Of a stretch of 64,000 nucleotides of DNA, positions 37,600 through 50,213 are shown piece by piece (the first letter of the stretch is position 1; every line of letters starts with the position of its first letter). A model generated the notes under the pieces. That model ran no database searches. It was not told where the DNA came from and was given only the letters and a program-made list of their open reading frames with translations. Source of the stretch: Selaginella moellendorffii (Eukaryota; Plantae; Lycopodiophyta); the NCBI RefSeq assembly GCF_000143415.4, contig NW_003314391.1, positions 248,001 through 312,000 of the forward strand, given 5' to 3'. A program made the translations under genes and the position numbers.

Positions 37600-40500
37600 G
37601 GACCAAGCTCAATATCGCAGGGGTTCTTAATACTAGTAAGTGCAAGTCAATAAATGAGTTATGTGGTGCTAGCAAATGCCTAAGGAAGAAGATCCAGGGT
37701 GGAAGCTCAAGATCTAAAGATAGGGCAATGCAAGGCCAAAGATTCCTGCCTAAACCTAGTGTCCACGAGAGGACAACTCACTAAAGGAACCAAGGCAGCA
37801 TTTTTGTGCTTACTCTCGGTGAAGAGTGACAAAAAGACGAGAAGGGAAGAAGTACCTTTAGTGATCCAACGGGTGTTGGACCAATTCCAGAATACCATGC
37901 CGGAGGAGCTACCGGCGGGGTTGCCCCCCGCACGACCAATAAAACATAAGATTGAGCTGGTCGAGGTGCTGAGGCGGTGGTTCGTCCCCCCTACCGTTTG
38001 AACGAAAAGGAACTTGAGGAGCTCAAGCACCAACTAGAGGAGTTAGTGGACAAAGGGTATGTTAGGTTGAGCAAGTCGCCATATGGGGCGCCGGTGTTAT
38101 TTGTGAAAAAGAAAGATGGATCTATGCGCATGTGCATAGACTACCGGTTGCTCAACAAGTATACAAAGAAGAACAAGTACCCTTTGCCAAGGATTGAGGA
38201 CCTGTTCAATAGGTTGGGAAAGGCAAAATACTTCTCGAGGATTGACCTAAGGTCAGGATACTACCAGATTAGGGTAGTAGAGGAAGATGTCAAGAAGACA
38301 ACCTATCGAACAAGGTATGGGAGTTTTGAGTTTCTGGTGATGCCTTTTGGGGTATGCAATGCGCCGGCAACGTTTTCGGCGTTGATGAACCACATCTTTG
38401 TACCATATCTAGATCACTTTGTGGTTGTCTATATTAACGACATCCTGAGCTAGAGGAGCACGCTAGAGGAGCATGCATGTTTGAGAAACTAAGGGAACAC
38501 TAGCTATATGCTAAAGAGAGCAAATGTGACTTTGCTCAACAAGAGGTAAAGTTTCTCATGCATGTGGTGGGCAAGGACGGGCTCAAAGTGGACCCTGAGA
38601 AGGTCTAAGTGATCCATGATTGGGAGCGACCATCGAATGTACACGAGTTAAGGGCATTCTTGGGGCTATGCAATTATTACCGAAAGTTTATCAGACACTA
38701 TTCGAGAGTAGCCCTACCCTTAATGAACCAAACGGGAAAAGGGAAGATGGTATGGACAGCGGAATGTGAGGCGGTATTTGTCCACCTCAAAGGGAAGTTG
38801 AGGAAGGCTCCCGTGTTGGCATTACCAGACTTTGGTAAGGACTTTGAGGTAGAAACGAATGCTTTAGACTTTGCGTTGGGCGCAGTTTTGAAGCAAGACA
38901 ACCATCCAGTAGCGTTCTTCTCGAAGAAGTTGGACAAGGCTCAACAGAAGTGGCCTGCCCATGAGAAGGAATTTTTTGCGGTGGTCAAGGCGCTCAAGGA
39001 GTGGCGACACTACCTTGGGAGACACTTCAAAGTTTACACGGACAATGTGGCAACAAAACACTTCTTGTCACAGCCTGACCTGAGGGGGAAACAAGGTCAG
39101 TGGGCCAATGCTTTGGCCGAGTTTGATTGCGAGATTCTGTACAATCTTGGGAAGAGCAACATCGTGGCGGATGCGCTAAGTCGAAAAGCGAGCTTGAAGT
39201 TGGCAATATCCAGCGCAACAGCAACCTTTTAGGATGATGTGCGGACAACATATGAGAACGATAGTCTAGCACAAGAAGTGTTGCTGCGGAATCTGGAGGC
39301 ACGGGAAGCTCACTAGAGAGGTGAGTTGCCAATAGAAGAGAAAACGGGCTATGCAGAATGCAATGGACTCATCTATTACAAGCAAACGAGGGTGTATGTT
39401 CTAGAAGGGGAACTAAGGAAGGTAGCCTTAGAGGAGTGTCATGACAGACCTCTTGCGGGACACGGCGGAGTGCCCAAGACGATGGGCTTACTCAAGAGGA
39501 AGTATCACTAGCCAGATAGGCTAAGGACGTTTAAGACTATGTAAAGACATATCCAACATGTCAGCAGGTCAAAGCCGTGACTAAGGCTAGTGGGGGCTTG
39601 TTGAAAAGCATCCCAATTCTAGATCGTCGGTAGAAATGTCTTACAATGGACTTCATCACGGGACTCCCCCCAAACAAGGGGTTCAATGTGATATTCGTGG
39701 TGGTGGACCGATTTTCGAAAATGGCACATTTCATACCCACCATAGCGGAAGTGGACGCGGAAGGTGTGGTGAAGCTGTTCTTCGAACAAGTGGTCCAAGT
39801 GCGGGACTTGCGGAAATGTGTTATAACAACTCACCACATTCGAGTATCGGGGTGAGTCCATGGGAAGTCATCAATGGGCGAGTTATTGAAGGTCTTGTGG
39901 AGCTCAGCGTGGTCGAGTATCATGGAGAGTTACCCACAGTGGAGGCATTCACGACAGAAAGACTCAACATTTGGAATCTAGTGAGGGATTCCTTGGAACG
40001 AGCTCAATAAAGGCGAACCAAGTACACGAACCAGAAGTGTCGGGATGTAGAGTTCCAAGCTGGGGAGAAGGTGTGGCTAAATACCAAGAACCTCAGGCTA
40101 CCAAGTGGGATCAGCCGGAAGTTGACCCAAAGGTAAAAATGCATGCATTCCGTAAATGAATCGATCTTGAGTTCCTTAAGCAGGTTCGCAGGGCCTTATG
40201 AGATTGAGGCATGAATCAGTAAAGTGGCTTACCGCCTCTGACTTTCTTGAGAGATGGGGAAGATGCACCCAATGTTCTACATGAACTTACTCAAGCCATA
40301 TTTTGAGGATCCGCTTCGCAAGGACCAAGTAAGGCTTTACCTGAAGTTATCCAAGGGGAAGAGGAATATGAAGTCGAGGTCATCCTCAATGCGCACAAGA
40401 GCAAGCGACAAGGACGCGAGGTGAAAGAGTTCCATGTGAAGTGGAAAGGATTTCCACACTGTGAAGCAATATGGGAACCGGAGGAGAACCTAGCGAACGC

Positions 40501-42109
40501 GGGAGATCTAGTGGAGGAATTTCTGCAAGGCAGAACTCTATGTACTTATGCAAAGTTCAATTAAAGTATCAATTTGTGAAGTTGAGCAATGGCATATGTT
40601 GGGACCCGAAGGCGCGCCAAAGGTAAGCTAATTAGCATGGGTTAGCTAGGTCGACCAGGCGTAGAAAACTATGCCCGACTCCCCACAGGGATGTCAAATC
40701 TGTAGACGTATTCTACAGAGGTTGGGTTCGAGTCCCAACCCCCTAGTAAAGCAAGGCTGGGTTCAAGTCCCAACCCCATACTAGGGCATGGTGGGGTGAA
40801 GAATAGGGACACCTATATTCTGTTGTCATGGCTCTTGGCTGGGGAGGCTAACTTAGGCACACCGCTAAGTGGGGGGATGCCCCCGAATACATGGTCAACA
40901 AGTCGTAGGATAAAAAGAGATGTTCGATGTGGGCATTGAACTTCTTCTATAGGTGGTGGAGTTGTAAGGAACCAACTCCCTGAGGTGTCGTAGGCTAAAG
41001 GATCCCCGAAAGCATGACCAAAATGGCAAAGAGTTCATCGGATGGGACCGAGTCTGAGATCGAGTCTAAGACCGACTTTGAGACCGAGTTCAAGATAGAG
41101 ACCGGAATCAAGTCCGAGGCCAACTCGGAGACCGAGTTCAAGACCGAGTTTGAGACCGAGTTTGAGACAGAGTCCGAGATCCAAGAATTGGGTCCGAGAC
41201 CGAGTCCGAAGTCGAGTCCGAAGTTAAGTCTGAGATCGGGTCCGAGATCGAGTCCGAGACCGAATTCGAAGTCGGGTCCGAGGTTGAGTCTGAGATCGAG
41301 CCCGAGACCGAGTCTGAGTACTAATACGGGTCAAGGGGTGAAAGCCCAAAGCGTGCGTCTCCCAGGAGAGGGGGGCTACAGGGGGTTCCAAAAGTATAGT
41401 AGGGATAGTGAGGTCCAAGAACTAGTCTTGAAAGAACTCTCCAATGGTACTTCCAAACTGACTTGAAGTTGAGACTGGGGCCGAGGGGCCTTGGGTGGGA
41501 GTGAGCATGAACTCAGTGGTGCTGGAGGGGCCACCCAAAGAAGTGCTCAAGAGCAGCTCCCACTCCCGAAAGGGAAACTGATTGCGGTGCTCCCGACTCA
41601 TGTGGAGTGGTGCCCCACTTGAGTACCTTGTGGCTCATTGGTCCTCACCCTTTCTAGGGGCTTGGGCCTTCCCTTCGGGATGGAAGTGGGGGGGTAAAAG
41701 TACCCATACCAGGCCGTTAGGCCACGGTGTTTCTCCCCGGCATCCCGAAGCAAGTATTGCACCCAAGACTTGGGATTTAGAGGGTCCCATGATCAAGTCT
41801 TGTAATACCAAAGGATGTTAAGAATCTAGAAGCTTGGTGTGCTTGGCTACTTGTGCTTGTGGGGAGTGTAGCCGAACTTTAAGTCCAGTCTAACCTAGGG
41901 AGGGGGATTGGGAGAGATTTGGGAATCCGTGGATGGATGGCGAATGCTCCGTTGCTCGTGCAGTGAGTAGTTGAAACCAAGTAGGACCAAGTAGGAGCTA
42001 GTACCATAGGCGAGAACCTTGGTGAGGGAACTTAGCAAAAGCCAAGGTAGTGTTGGATGGATAGACGAGGTAAACTGGCAAATTGGAAAGGAAAAATTTG
42101 TGGCTTATA
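37600..42109 (+). mobile_element. 5'-truncated chromovirus (Ty3/Gypsy): RT-RH-INT-chromodomain, structured 3' UTR, PPT, 3' LTR 40963-42109
   Basis: [50 protein letters not shown]; chromodomain EEEYEVEVIL...VKWKGFPHCEAIWEPEENL at ~40358-40527; PPT AGGTGGTGGAGT; LTR TGTAAGG...GGCTTATA; multiple frameshifts. Confidence 0.93.
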
Positions 42110-43162
42110 CTCAACACATCCAGAAGCTAAACTTCATAATGCGAAGATAATGAAGAACATATCTGCATCAATCCAAAAGCTAGGCATAATGAAACTATAC
42201 TCAATAAGTGATCACTAAACCGATCCTCCATGAATCCATCTATAACAAGATGTAACTCACTTCATAACAAGCACAAGAAAATCATCAATAATTGGTATAT
42301 CCCAACTTAAATCCAACAAGGATTCAATCGTTCAATATCAATCACTAACTCTTCTTCTTGTAAGGCTAGCATAGTCCACAACTAAATCACTTTTCAAGGA
42401 AAAGCTCAAAACTCAACCCCTATTAAATAATCTCGTTTAGAACACAACTAACTCAACTTGCCACTTAGTTCATTTAAATGTTAACATAGTTGCTAACTAG
42501 CAAATGCACGAATGCCAATAACACAAAGCTACAACTAAATCATCAACACTATCTTCATCAAGACTAATGAAACTCAATATTAATCCTACGGAGAGACATC
42601 TCATTTCACTCAAATCTCAACATCAATAATATTAACGACAAGGTATCACTTCAATGCCATCAACACCATAACAAAGCTAGAAGAAAGCACGAGTGAATCA
42701 CCACTCAAAACTCCCTAGCAACTAAGCTAACCAAGGTCAAAGATACTTTACTCAGTATCCGAGACTAATCCTCCAACAATACTCAGTTTCAGATAACACA
42801 TCATCAAGGAGTGATTCACCATATCCAAGACTCTATGAAATCTAACACCACGGACTAAACGTAACCAAATGATATCAATAGAGGTAGAATCAACATGTCA
42901 ACATGGAAAACTCATGTAAATTCAACAACACAATCCTCCGCAACACCATCCGGTAAAGCAAACTCAACATTGTTAAATCATCATCAAGCAAAGCAAGTGT
43001 CAAACAGTCTTCGACAAAGTCTTCAAGCAATCACTAGTTGCTTAGTAGCTAACAACCACTCTTTCAACTTGCCTTCACAAGACCCAAATACTAAACTCAT
43101 GTCATCGAGTTATATACTTGTCCAACATGAACGTAATACCCTAGATACGAGATAAAGGTTCA
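42110..43162. repeat. ~1.05-kb segment with an inverted homologue at ~53078-54122
   Basis: TATATACTTGTCCAACATGAACGTAATACC is mirrored by GGTATTACGTTTATGTTGGACAAGTATATA; the blocks checked are colinear. Confidence 0.8.
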
Positions 43163-44293
43163 TAGACAAACACAAAACTAAATGACCACTCGAATCCAAC
43201 TCAACCGCAATAAGCTCACTAACGCATTTAGCCAGTAGCTCCAAGTATCTCTTGAAGAGGCTAGCTATGCATGATCAACACTTAATTGGAAGCAAAGTGA
43301 AGACCATAAGATGGACTTATATTGGTACACAACCTCCTCATAGACAAAGCTATAGTACGGATACCAACATCTCAACTTTAAACAATTAAGTTGGACATCA
43401 CCATCATCAACCAAGGTGCAAGGCCACCAAGACTAAGTCAAGATTAGTGAGAGCTCACTACTCTCATAGAGTTTAACAAAATGCAAGATGCAACCTGCCA
43501 CCAAACACAATGCTATAAAAGAAAGGCATAAGGGTCACCCTTCTCAAAAAAGCGCAACCACTTTTTTACACCAACTCCAGACTCTATCCAACTCAATTGC
43601 CTTAGCCCCAAAAGCTAGCATCCCTTCCGGGCTACATCATACAAACTACTTACTAAAGTTTTAAGCTAACCAAAGTCAATTTTAACCCTTTTACTAGTTT
43701 GTACTAGCTTATGAAAATGGAATGGTTTTCGAGCAAAATGATTAATAAATCAGCCATTGGAAAAGTTTAAGAAAATTTGTGGAAAATTTTCCATCTTAGA
43801 GAAAGAATGACTCTCAGTTCAAGAATGCAAACTTTCAAGACTCAACCAACTTCCTCCTATCTACAACTTCATATAGGTTCACCTTAACACAAATTCTTGA
43901 GACCTATAGTATGCTTAAGCATCGAATATCTTGCCCATATTTCCGACATCCAACATCGACATCCCAAAAATGCAAAAATGAACATCCAAAGCTTGATCAC
44001 AAAGACCATATATTTGGACATCCACATTGCACTAACACTCTTCTTCAACCATGTTCAAGATCCAATTGTGAGACACAAAATCCCTAGGCCCCAAAGTAGA
44101 GCCGGAAAGGGTGCCACGTGGTAGTGGCCGAAGCGAGAGCCAAACGAGCGTAACACGTTTGGACCAAAAGCTCCGACTTGAAAAGACAAGAGCGGGAGTG
44201 GAACTCCCAACGAAGTGCTCGAGGAACGAGCACGAAGCGAGCAAAAGGCGAGGCTCCAAAAAGGGACCCAAAAGGACCAACACATGACACGTG

Positions 44294-44773
44294 GGAGTCC
44301 GAAGTGGAGTCCGAGATGGACCCGAGATGGAGTCCAAGATGGAGTCCGAAGTGGAGTCCGAGGTGGACCCGAGATGGACCCGAGTTGGAGTCCGAAGTGG
44401 AGTCCGAGATGGACCCGAGATGGAGTCCGAGATGGAGTCCGAGATGGAGTCCGAGGTGGACCCGAGATGGACCCGAGTTGGAGTCCGAAGTGGAGTCCGA
44501 GATGGACCCGAGATGGAGTCCGAGATGGAGTCCGAGATGGAGTCCGAGATGGAGTCCGAGATGGATCCCGAGGTGGACCCGAGATGGACCCGAAATGGAG
44601 TCCGAGATGGACCCGAGATGGACCCGAGATGGAGTCCGAGATGGACCCGAGATGGACCCGAGATGGACCCAAGATGGAGTCCGAGATGGAGTCCGAGATG
44701 GACCCGAGATGGAGTCCGAGATGGAGTCTGAGATGGAGTCCGAGATGGAGTCCGAAGTCGAGACCGAGACCGG

Positions 44774-44805
<32 letters not shown>

Positions 44806-44915
44806 TCGGGACCGAGACCGAGACCGAGGCCGAGGCCGAGACCGAGCCCGAGCCCGAGTCCGAGTCCGAATCCGAGTCCGAGTCCGAGTCCGAGTCCGAG
44901 TCCGAGTCCGGAGCC
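44294..44915. repeat. Minisatellite (12-bp GAGATGGAGTCC/GAGATGGACCC then 6-bp GAGACC/GAGTCC units) in the left LTR
   Basis: Directly visible tandem units. Confidence 0.95.
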
Positions 44916-46241
44916 TGAGAGGGTGAAAGCCCAAAGCATTCGTCTCCCAGACCCTGGGGGGTTTGGTGAGCTCCAAAAGTATAGTAGGGGGAGGACTGTA
45001 GTGGAGCCAGTTTGGCCAGGAAAGGCCAGTTTGGCCCAGGAAGGCCGGACCCAGTGTTGGGTGATGAGCTGCCCACTGGGAAGTCCAAGACTAGAGTGAA
45101 CACGGACCAACAAGTGGGGTAGCTTGGTGAAGTGTTCAAGAGCCGGCTCTAGTTCCCCCGGGAGATCGACTGGCCGATGCTCCCAGTCCAAGTGTGGGTG
45201 GCACTACCTACTTGGATACCTGGTGTGGCTCAACGGAACCCGCTCTAAGCCCATGGCTAGAGCACCCAAGGGCAGAAGGCGAGGAGAGTACCCAGGTGGC
45301 TCGCGTAAGGCCACGGTGTTCCGAAATGTTGTCCCAAAGGCCCAGACTGTGGAAAGGAAGAGGAGCAGTCCTCTGGGGTAGTGACCAAGGACACAGTCGT
45401 GTGGTGAGGAAGTCCCAGAGGACCGTGGGACTTAGTGGTCGGGCCTGTGGGTCTCGATCCAGTGGCAGTGTTGGCAAACATGGCCAGGGGCAGAAAGGGA
45501 CTTAGTGGGGACTGACAGAGGGATATTGGGGAAGGCTATTCCCCTTGTCGATGGGCATCCTAAGGATGCTAAGGAGTGGATCTGAGATGACCACTCACGG
45601 ATGGTTTGCCTAGTCTTGGAGAGCCAAGACGGTGATGCAAGTGGTATTGGACTACCAGTGTGGCAAAGGTGATTGGGCATGGCCTTAGCGTAACGGGCTG
45701 CTATGTCGGTGGTACCTTTGAGTGTCGGTCATGGGATCGGACACGTGGAGCACTTGGACCAAGTGCAAATGTTGAGTGGCATGGATGCCATTCTCGGGGC
45801 TAGCAAGTCCCAAGTCCTGGATTGGACTTATGGAGGTTGTGAATGAGACTCCTCCAAGTGGTCAGAGGTGTGGTTAAGTGACTAAAGTAGAATGGAAAAT
45901 TTAGTCGCTTACAATTTGGTATCGGAGCGGTCTCAGGTCCGACTCTGTTGGTTGGCTAAGGGAATCACACCACATGTTGATTGACATCTGACTGGTCCAG
46001 TTTGCTCCCGCTGGGCTCGACCCGAGGGGTAGGGTGTCAAGAGAGCAGGGCTCTCGGGAGAGCTATGGCTCTCAGCTTCCGTTCACGAGGGCGTGAACTT
46101 GCAGGGAAACGTGGTGGATTGTAAGCAACCAAAGGGAACGACTCGAGAGACGATCCATGGGGTTCAAATATAGAGGGAAAGGGCCCATGAATAAGAGTGC
46201 ACCCCCTTTTCCAATCGGTTAAGGGTCTTGGGATATTTGGG

Positions 46242-46296
46242 GTTAAGCGTCCTTGGGTTTGAATAGTACTGGGCTGGGTGACCTCCCGGGAAGTCC
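46242..46296 (+). promoter_or_regulatory. 5S rRNA-derived internal Pol III promoter (A box, IE, C box) within a 194-bp mini-LTR (46120-46313)
   Basis: GTTAAGCGTCCTTGGGTTTGAATAGTACTGGGCTGGGTGACCTCCCGGGAAGTCC aligns without gaps to the plant 5S core GTTAAGCGTGCTTGGGCGAGAGTAGTACTAGGATGGGTGACCTCC(C/T)GGGAAGTCC (recalled consensus; about 47-48 of 55 identical). Confidence 0.9.
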
Positions 46297-49200
46297 AAAC
46301 TAAGGAGCCTACATTTGGTATCAGAGCTGTTCCTTAGTCCAACTTTTATTGGTGCTCAAGTATATCACCACTAGTGTTGGCATCGGAAGGTCCGAGGAGT
46401 GGGCCTATCCTTGAGGAGTAGCAAGTCGGGAAGACATGGCTCTCCATTACAGTTCATGTATAAACTTGTAGACGAGGTGGTGGATAGAAAAGGGCCAATA
46501 ATGGAACGACTTTGGGATCTTGGGAACAGTGCAAGGTTTTCCTCATTGAGTTGAGGATGTGATCCGGATGAGCATTTGTCTCAGCAAATTGGCTAAGGTT
46601 GTTGTGGTAAACAACTAAAGTTGGGATCACGGGAAAGATAGAGACTCCAAAACAATAAAGGAGTCACAAAATTATCCTCATATAGTTGAGGTTGGTGCTC
46701 ATGAATGTGAGACCAGAGGTAATGACCGTGGGAGGTCAAATACGGAAGAGGACTCAAGTCCTTGAAATGGTAGCCAGGGCTACCTTTAATAAATGCTGGA
46801 ACAACTCAAGGAGTTGGGGGGTGTACTTAGGGATGAGTTGGTGTTCTCATCACATGGACAAGTAGTCCTAAGGGGCAAAGGTTGCCCCCAGAGAACAAAA
46901 TCAAGTGTCGGAGTAACACTTGTGAAAATAGTCCTTTTGAGTAGGACAGGAATGCAAGAAGTGTATTCCAGTGAGCTAGTGCCTCACAAGTAGGACCTTA
47001 CGGGTCTGTGGATTAACTAAGTCCAAAACTGTTGGATGACTCAAGTAGAGTCAACGGATGGTCCTAAAAGGACTGATGGAAGCATTTGGACTGAGGTGTG
47101 TTGTACCCCACAAAGGATGGGAGGGGATCATAGGATCCAAGGATGAGAACAGAGGGTATCTCATCGATGGCAAAATGTGCCATGCTAAAGTTATGGGAAA
47201 GGTGTTCCCAGAAGAAAACAACTTTGACATAAAGTTGTGTGTGACCTCTATGGTGCAGTGCTAACGGATGGTTGGCATGAGAAAGAGCGGTGTTGGTCTT
47301 GGCAAAGACTTAAACACGAAGGGGAAATGTCATAGAGGTAGGCTCGTGGAGCCGATGGTGTGGAGACACCAAATGTGCCAAGGTGTGATACCTTGAGGCT
47401 ATGTTGGTGGGTTCATGAGAACCCCTTGCCAAAGGAATCCCAATGGAAATGGGAATAGCATAGCCTAAGCTGCAGAGCATGCAGTTGGAGTGTGGTGACC
47501 CAGATAATGATGGAGGTGTGGAAGCACTAGCAATGAGTTGTAGGACTTGACAATTACAAGGCAACTAAGCAAGAGGTGCAAAATAACTGGTTAAACGGGT
47601 AGAAGGTAGCTACCCAAGACTTCTTAATAGCATAGGGAAGTTGGATATACCCTTACGAAGGATAACTTGCTTGTGTTGCGATATAGTAAGTCAATGTCAT
47701 AAAAGGAAATACTCATTGTCAAGAAAGCCATCATTGGGACACCCGAACACTCTAGAACACCAGAAGGTGGTGTTTGATGTCGCGAGGGCAATGGATAAAG
47801 CCCAAGGGACTAAGTCCCTAGCGAATGATGGATAGAAGGTGCTATCCAAATGTCCAAAGTTGCGGAGACAAGAGAGGACTGTTTACCCGAGTTGGACAAA
47901 GCCAAAAATGGAATTTTGGCAAGGCTAGTGATGGGCATGTAAAGGCCCATAAGCAACAACGTAATCCCGGTGTGTGGGATTATAGGGTGAGCATACCTGG
48001 ATTGAGGAACCACTCCCTAGGCTATTGGGTAGGTTCATCCCTAAGAATACTTGCTAAAGCATGATAGAAAGTGCAAAGCTATCCTCCTGGTCTGGAGGAG
48101 AATGACCAAAGGAAAAGTGTGAAGCCAAAAAGCAAGAAGTAAGGGGATAGAACCGAACCGTAGGAATCAAAGGGCATAACCAAGGTTGGTTATGCCAGCT
48201 GGGAGTGGAGAATCAAGTGGGGGCTCGAGGGTGTTGCCGCTAGCAACCGTGATGCCATGGAGAGTCTAAAATATGGAATTGTCCATGTTAGACTATGTGG
48301 CATTTGGAAGGCTTGCAAAAAGGGAGGCCTTAGCAAGCTGAGGGACAGAGTTCCTTCAAGGTTCCCAAAGACGATTCTAGGTAGCTTAGTACCTAGAAAG
48401 GCCAAGTGTAAATGGTTCATGGAACGCGCGAAATCAGAGTGGCGCAGCAGAAGCGTGGTCTTGAAACTTGCCATGAGGCAAGGCTATCAAGGTTAGGGAA
48501 GTAGTTCCTGAGTGTTCAAAGAGAGGGCTTTGAACGAAAGTCGATGGTCAAGGACTTTCACGCTTATGCAGGAACCATGTTACAGTGGTCGGAGGACTTG
48601 CCAAGCGAGATTGGCACGTCGGGGGAACAAATACCCTAGTTGAAGGTGATAACTTCAAAAAGGGTGGGCCATGGGGCCGAGCATGGAGGAGTCCATGCAT
48701 GATCACAGACATGTCAAGTGAGAGGACTTGGCAGTGTGGAGGAACTAGGTTCCTAAGCTGTGATCTGTAGCGCGCTTTAAAAATAAGTTGGTGCACCGGC
48801 GTGGGGAGTCACGCCAGGCATCTTGTGTGATGCCGTCCGTAGATGCATATACGGAGGTTGGGTTCGAGTCCCGACCCTCTAGTGCTTGGGTTCGAGTCCC
48901 AAATCACTAGGGTGTGGTGATGGTTTGGAATATGAGGACACTCATATTTCGGTGGTCATGGACTCTCAGTGGGGAGACTGGTTTGGGCACACCGCCAAGC
49001 GAGGGATGCCTCGGAGTCGTGATGCACGGTTAGATTGCTTAGTGTGAAAGCTCGGCATATCTAACTTGAACGCTTTGGTGCGAGTGGCACCAAGGACGTG
49101 GTGAGTGAGATGGGGACACCTAATCTCAGTTGCTATGGACCCTTGGCCGGAAGGGCTGGCTTGGGCGCACCGCCAAGTGTGGGGGATGCCCCCGGGGTCG

Positions 49201-50213
49201 TAGTTAACAAATTAAAGGTCTGGAAGACCTAGTACCTATTGGCCGAGGTGAGATCACTAGGTGATCTTGTGGCTAAATAAGGACAAGGTCCTTGTTTGGG
49301 TTAAGGAATAAGGTTCCTAGTTCAAAGTGTTGATTTGAACTATTGATGATGGTGTGGCTTGGTCAAGGTGACCAAGTGGGAAAAGCACCCTAGGGAAATG
49401 AGCTATGTCATTGCGATGGCATAGTGTGTCCAAGGAAAGTAGTCTCTAAAGAGACCCATGGGAGGGTCACAAAGTTGGGCCGTGGATAGAGCCCACAGCA
49501 GAAGATGCTAAAGAGACTTACTAGGGGCGAACACCCTAGTCTTGGCAAAGCAGAGCCTTTGCTAAGGAATCACAAGAATACCTCAAGGAGGGAGGTAGAG
49601 ATTCGATGTTGCTTGGTGCAACAATCAACGGATAGGAGCAAAAGATGAGTGGCCAAGATAGGGCCGTGGAATCCCTTGGAAGGAATCCAAGTGACAAAGT
49701 TAGGCGAGGAACACTAATGTGTTGGACGCTAACAAATTCCGGAAAAGGAAGTGTGTTTCCAAGGATGAATTCCGAATTGCTCTGATTTGGCGAAAGTGGA
49801 AGCTCCAAGGGAGGGAGCGGTAAGGTAGCCAAATGATAGGGCCATGGACAGCCCTAGCACAAAGTATGATAAATGGAACTTAGTGCCCAAGGTGGCACGA
49901 AATAGAAGAGAGGATGATGGTGCCCTCAAGTAATGAGCTTCCTAGGATGGGGAAGTGGAGTTGCACAATCTGTGCAATGCAAGGTGTTGGAGACACCTAG
50001 GAAATTGACTTCCAAAAGTCAAAAGAGTAAAAGTTCCAAGGTGCAAACGTTCAATAGATGGAAATTGAGACTACTTGAGAAGGAGTAGCGGGATTGACTT
50101 AGAGAAGGGTCTCTAAAAGGTTTAGCGAGAACTAAACCAATAAAAGGAGAGAACCACTACATGTGGTCCAATTAGTCTCTAAGTTGGAGAGACAACCCCT
50201 TTAAAGGATAGGT

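Noticed and set aside
44294-44760. CRISPR-like appearance of regular repeats
   Set aside because: No unique spacers and no cas genes; eukaryotic LTR minisatellite.
44032-45191. Long ORFs in all six frames (also 50348-51551 and 41014-41466)
   Set aside because: Products of stop-poor 6/12-bp tandem repeats inside LTRs; low-complexity translations with no domain.
46242-46296. Functional 5S rRNA gene
   Set aside because: Only the internal 55 nt match; the 5' and 3' 5S helices and the T-run terminator are absent, and the segment sits in an LTR.
48790-48890. Genuine tRNA (Ser/Sec-like cloverleaf)
   Set aside because: No convincing 7-bp acceptor stem, D-loop consensus or 7-nt anticodon loop; reported as a tRNA-like structured element instead.
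46328-50200. Short ORFs in the LARD internal region as gag/pol remnants
   Set aside because: All are under 100 aa with no recognisable retroelement motif.
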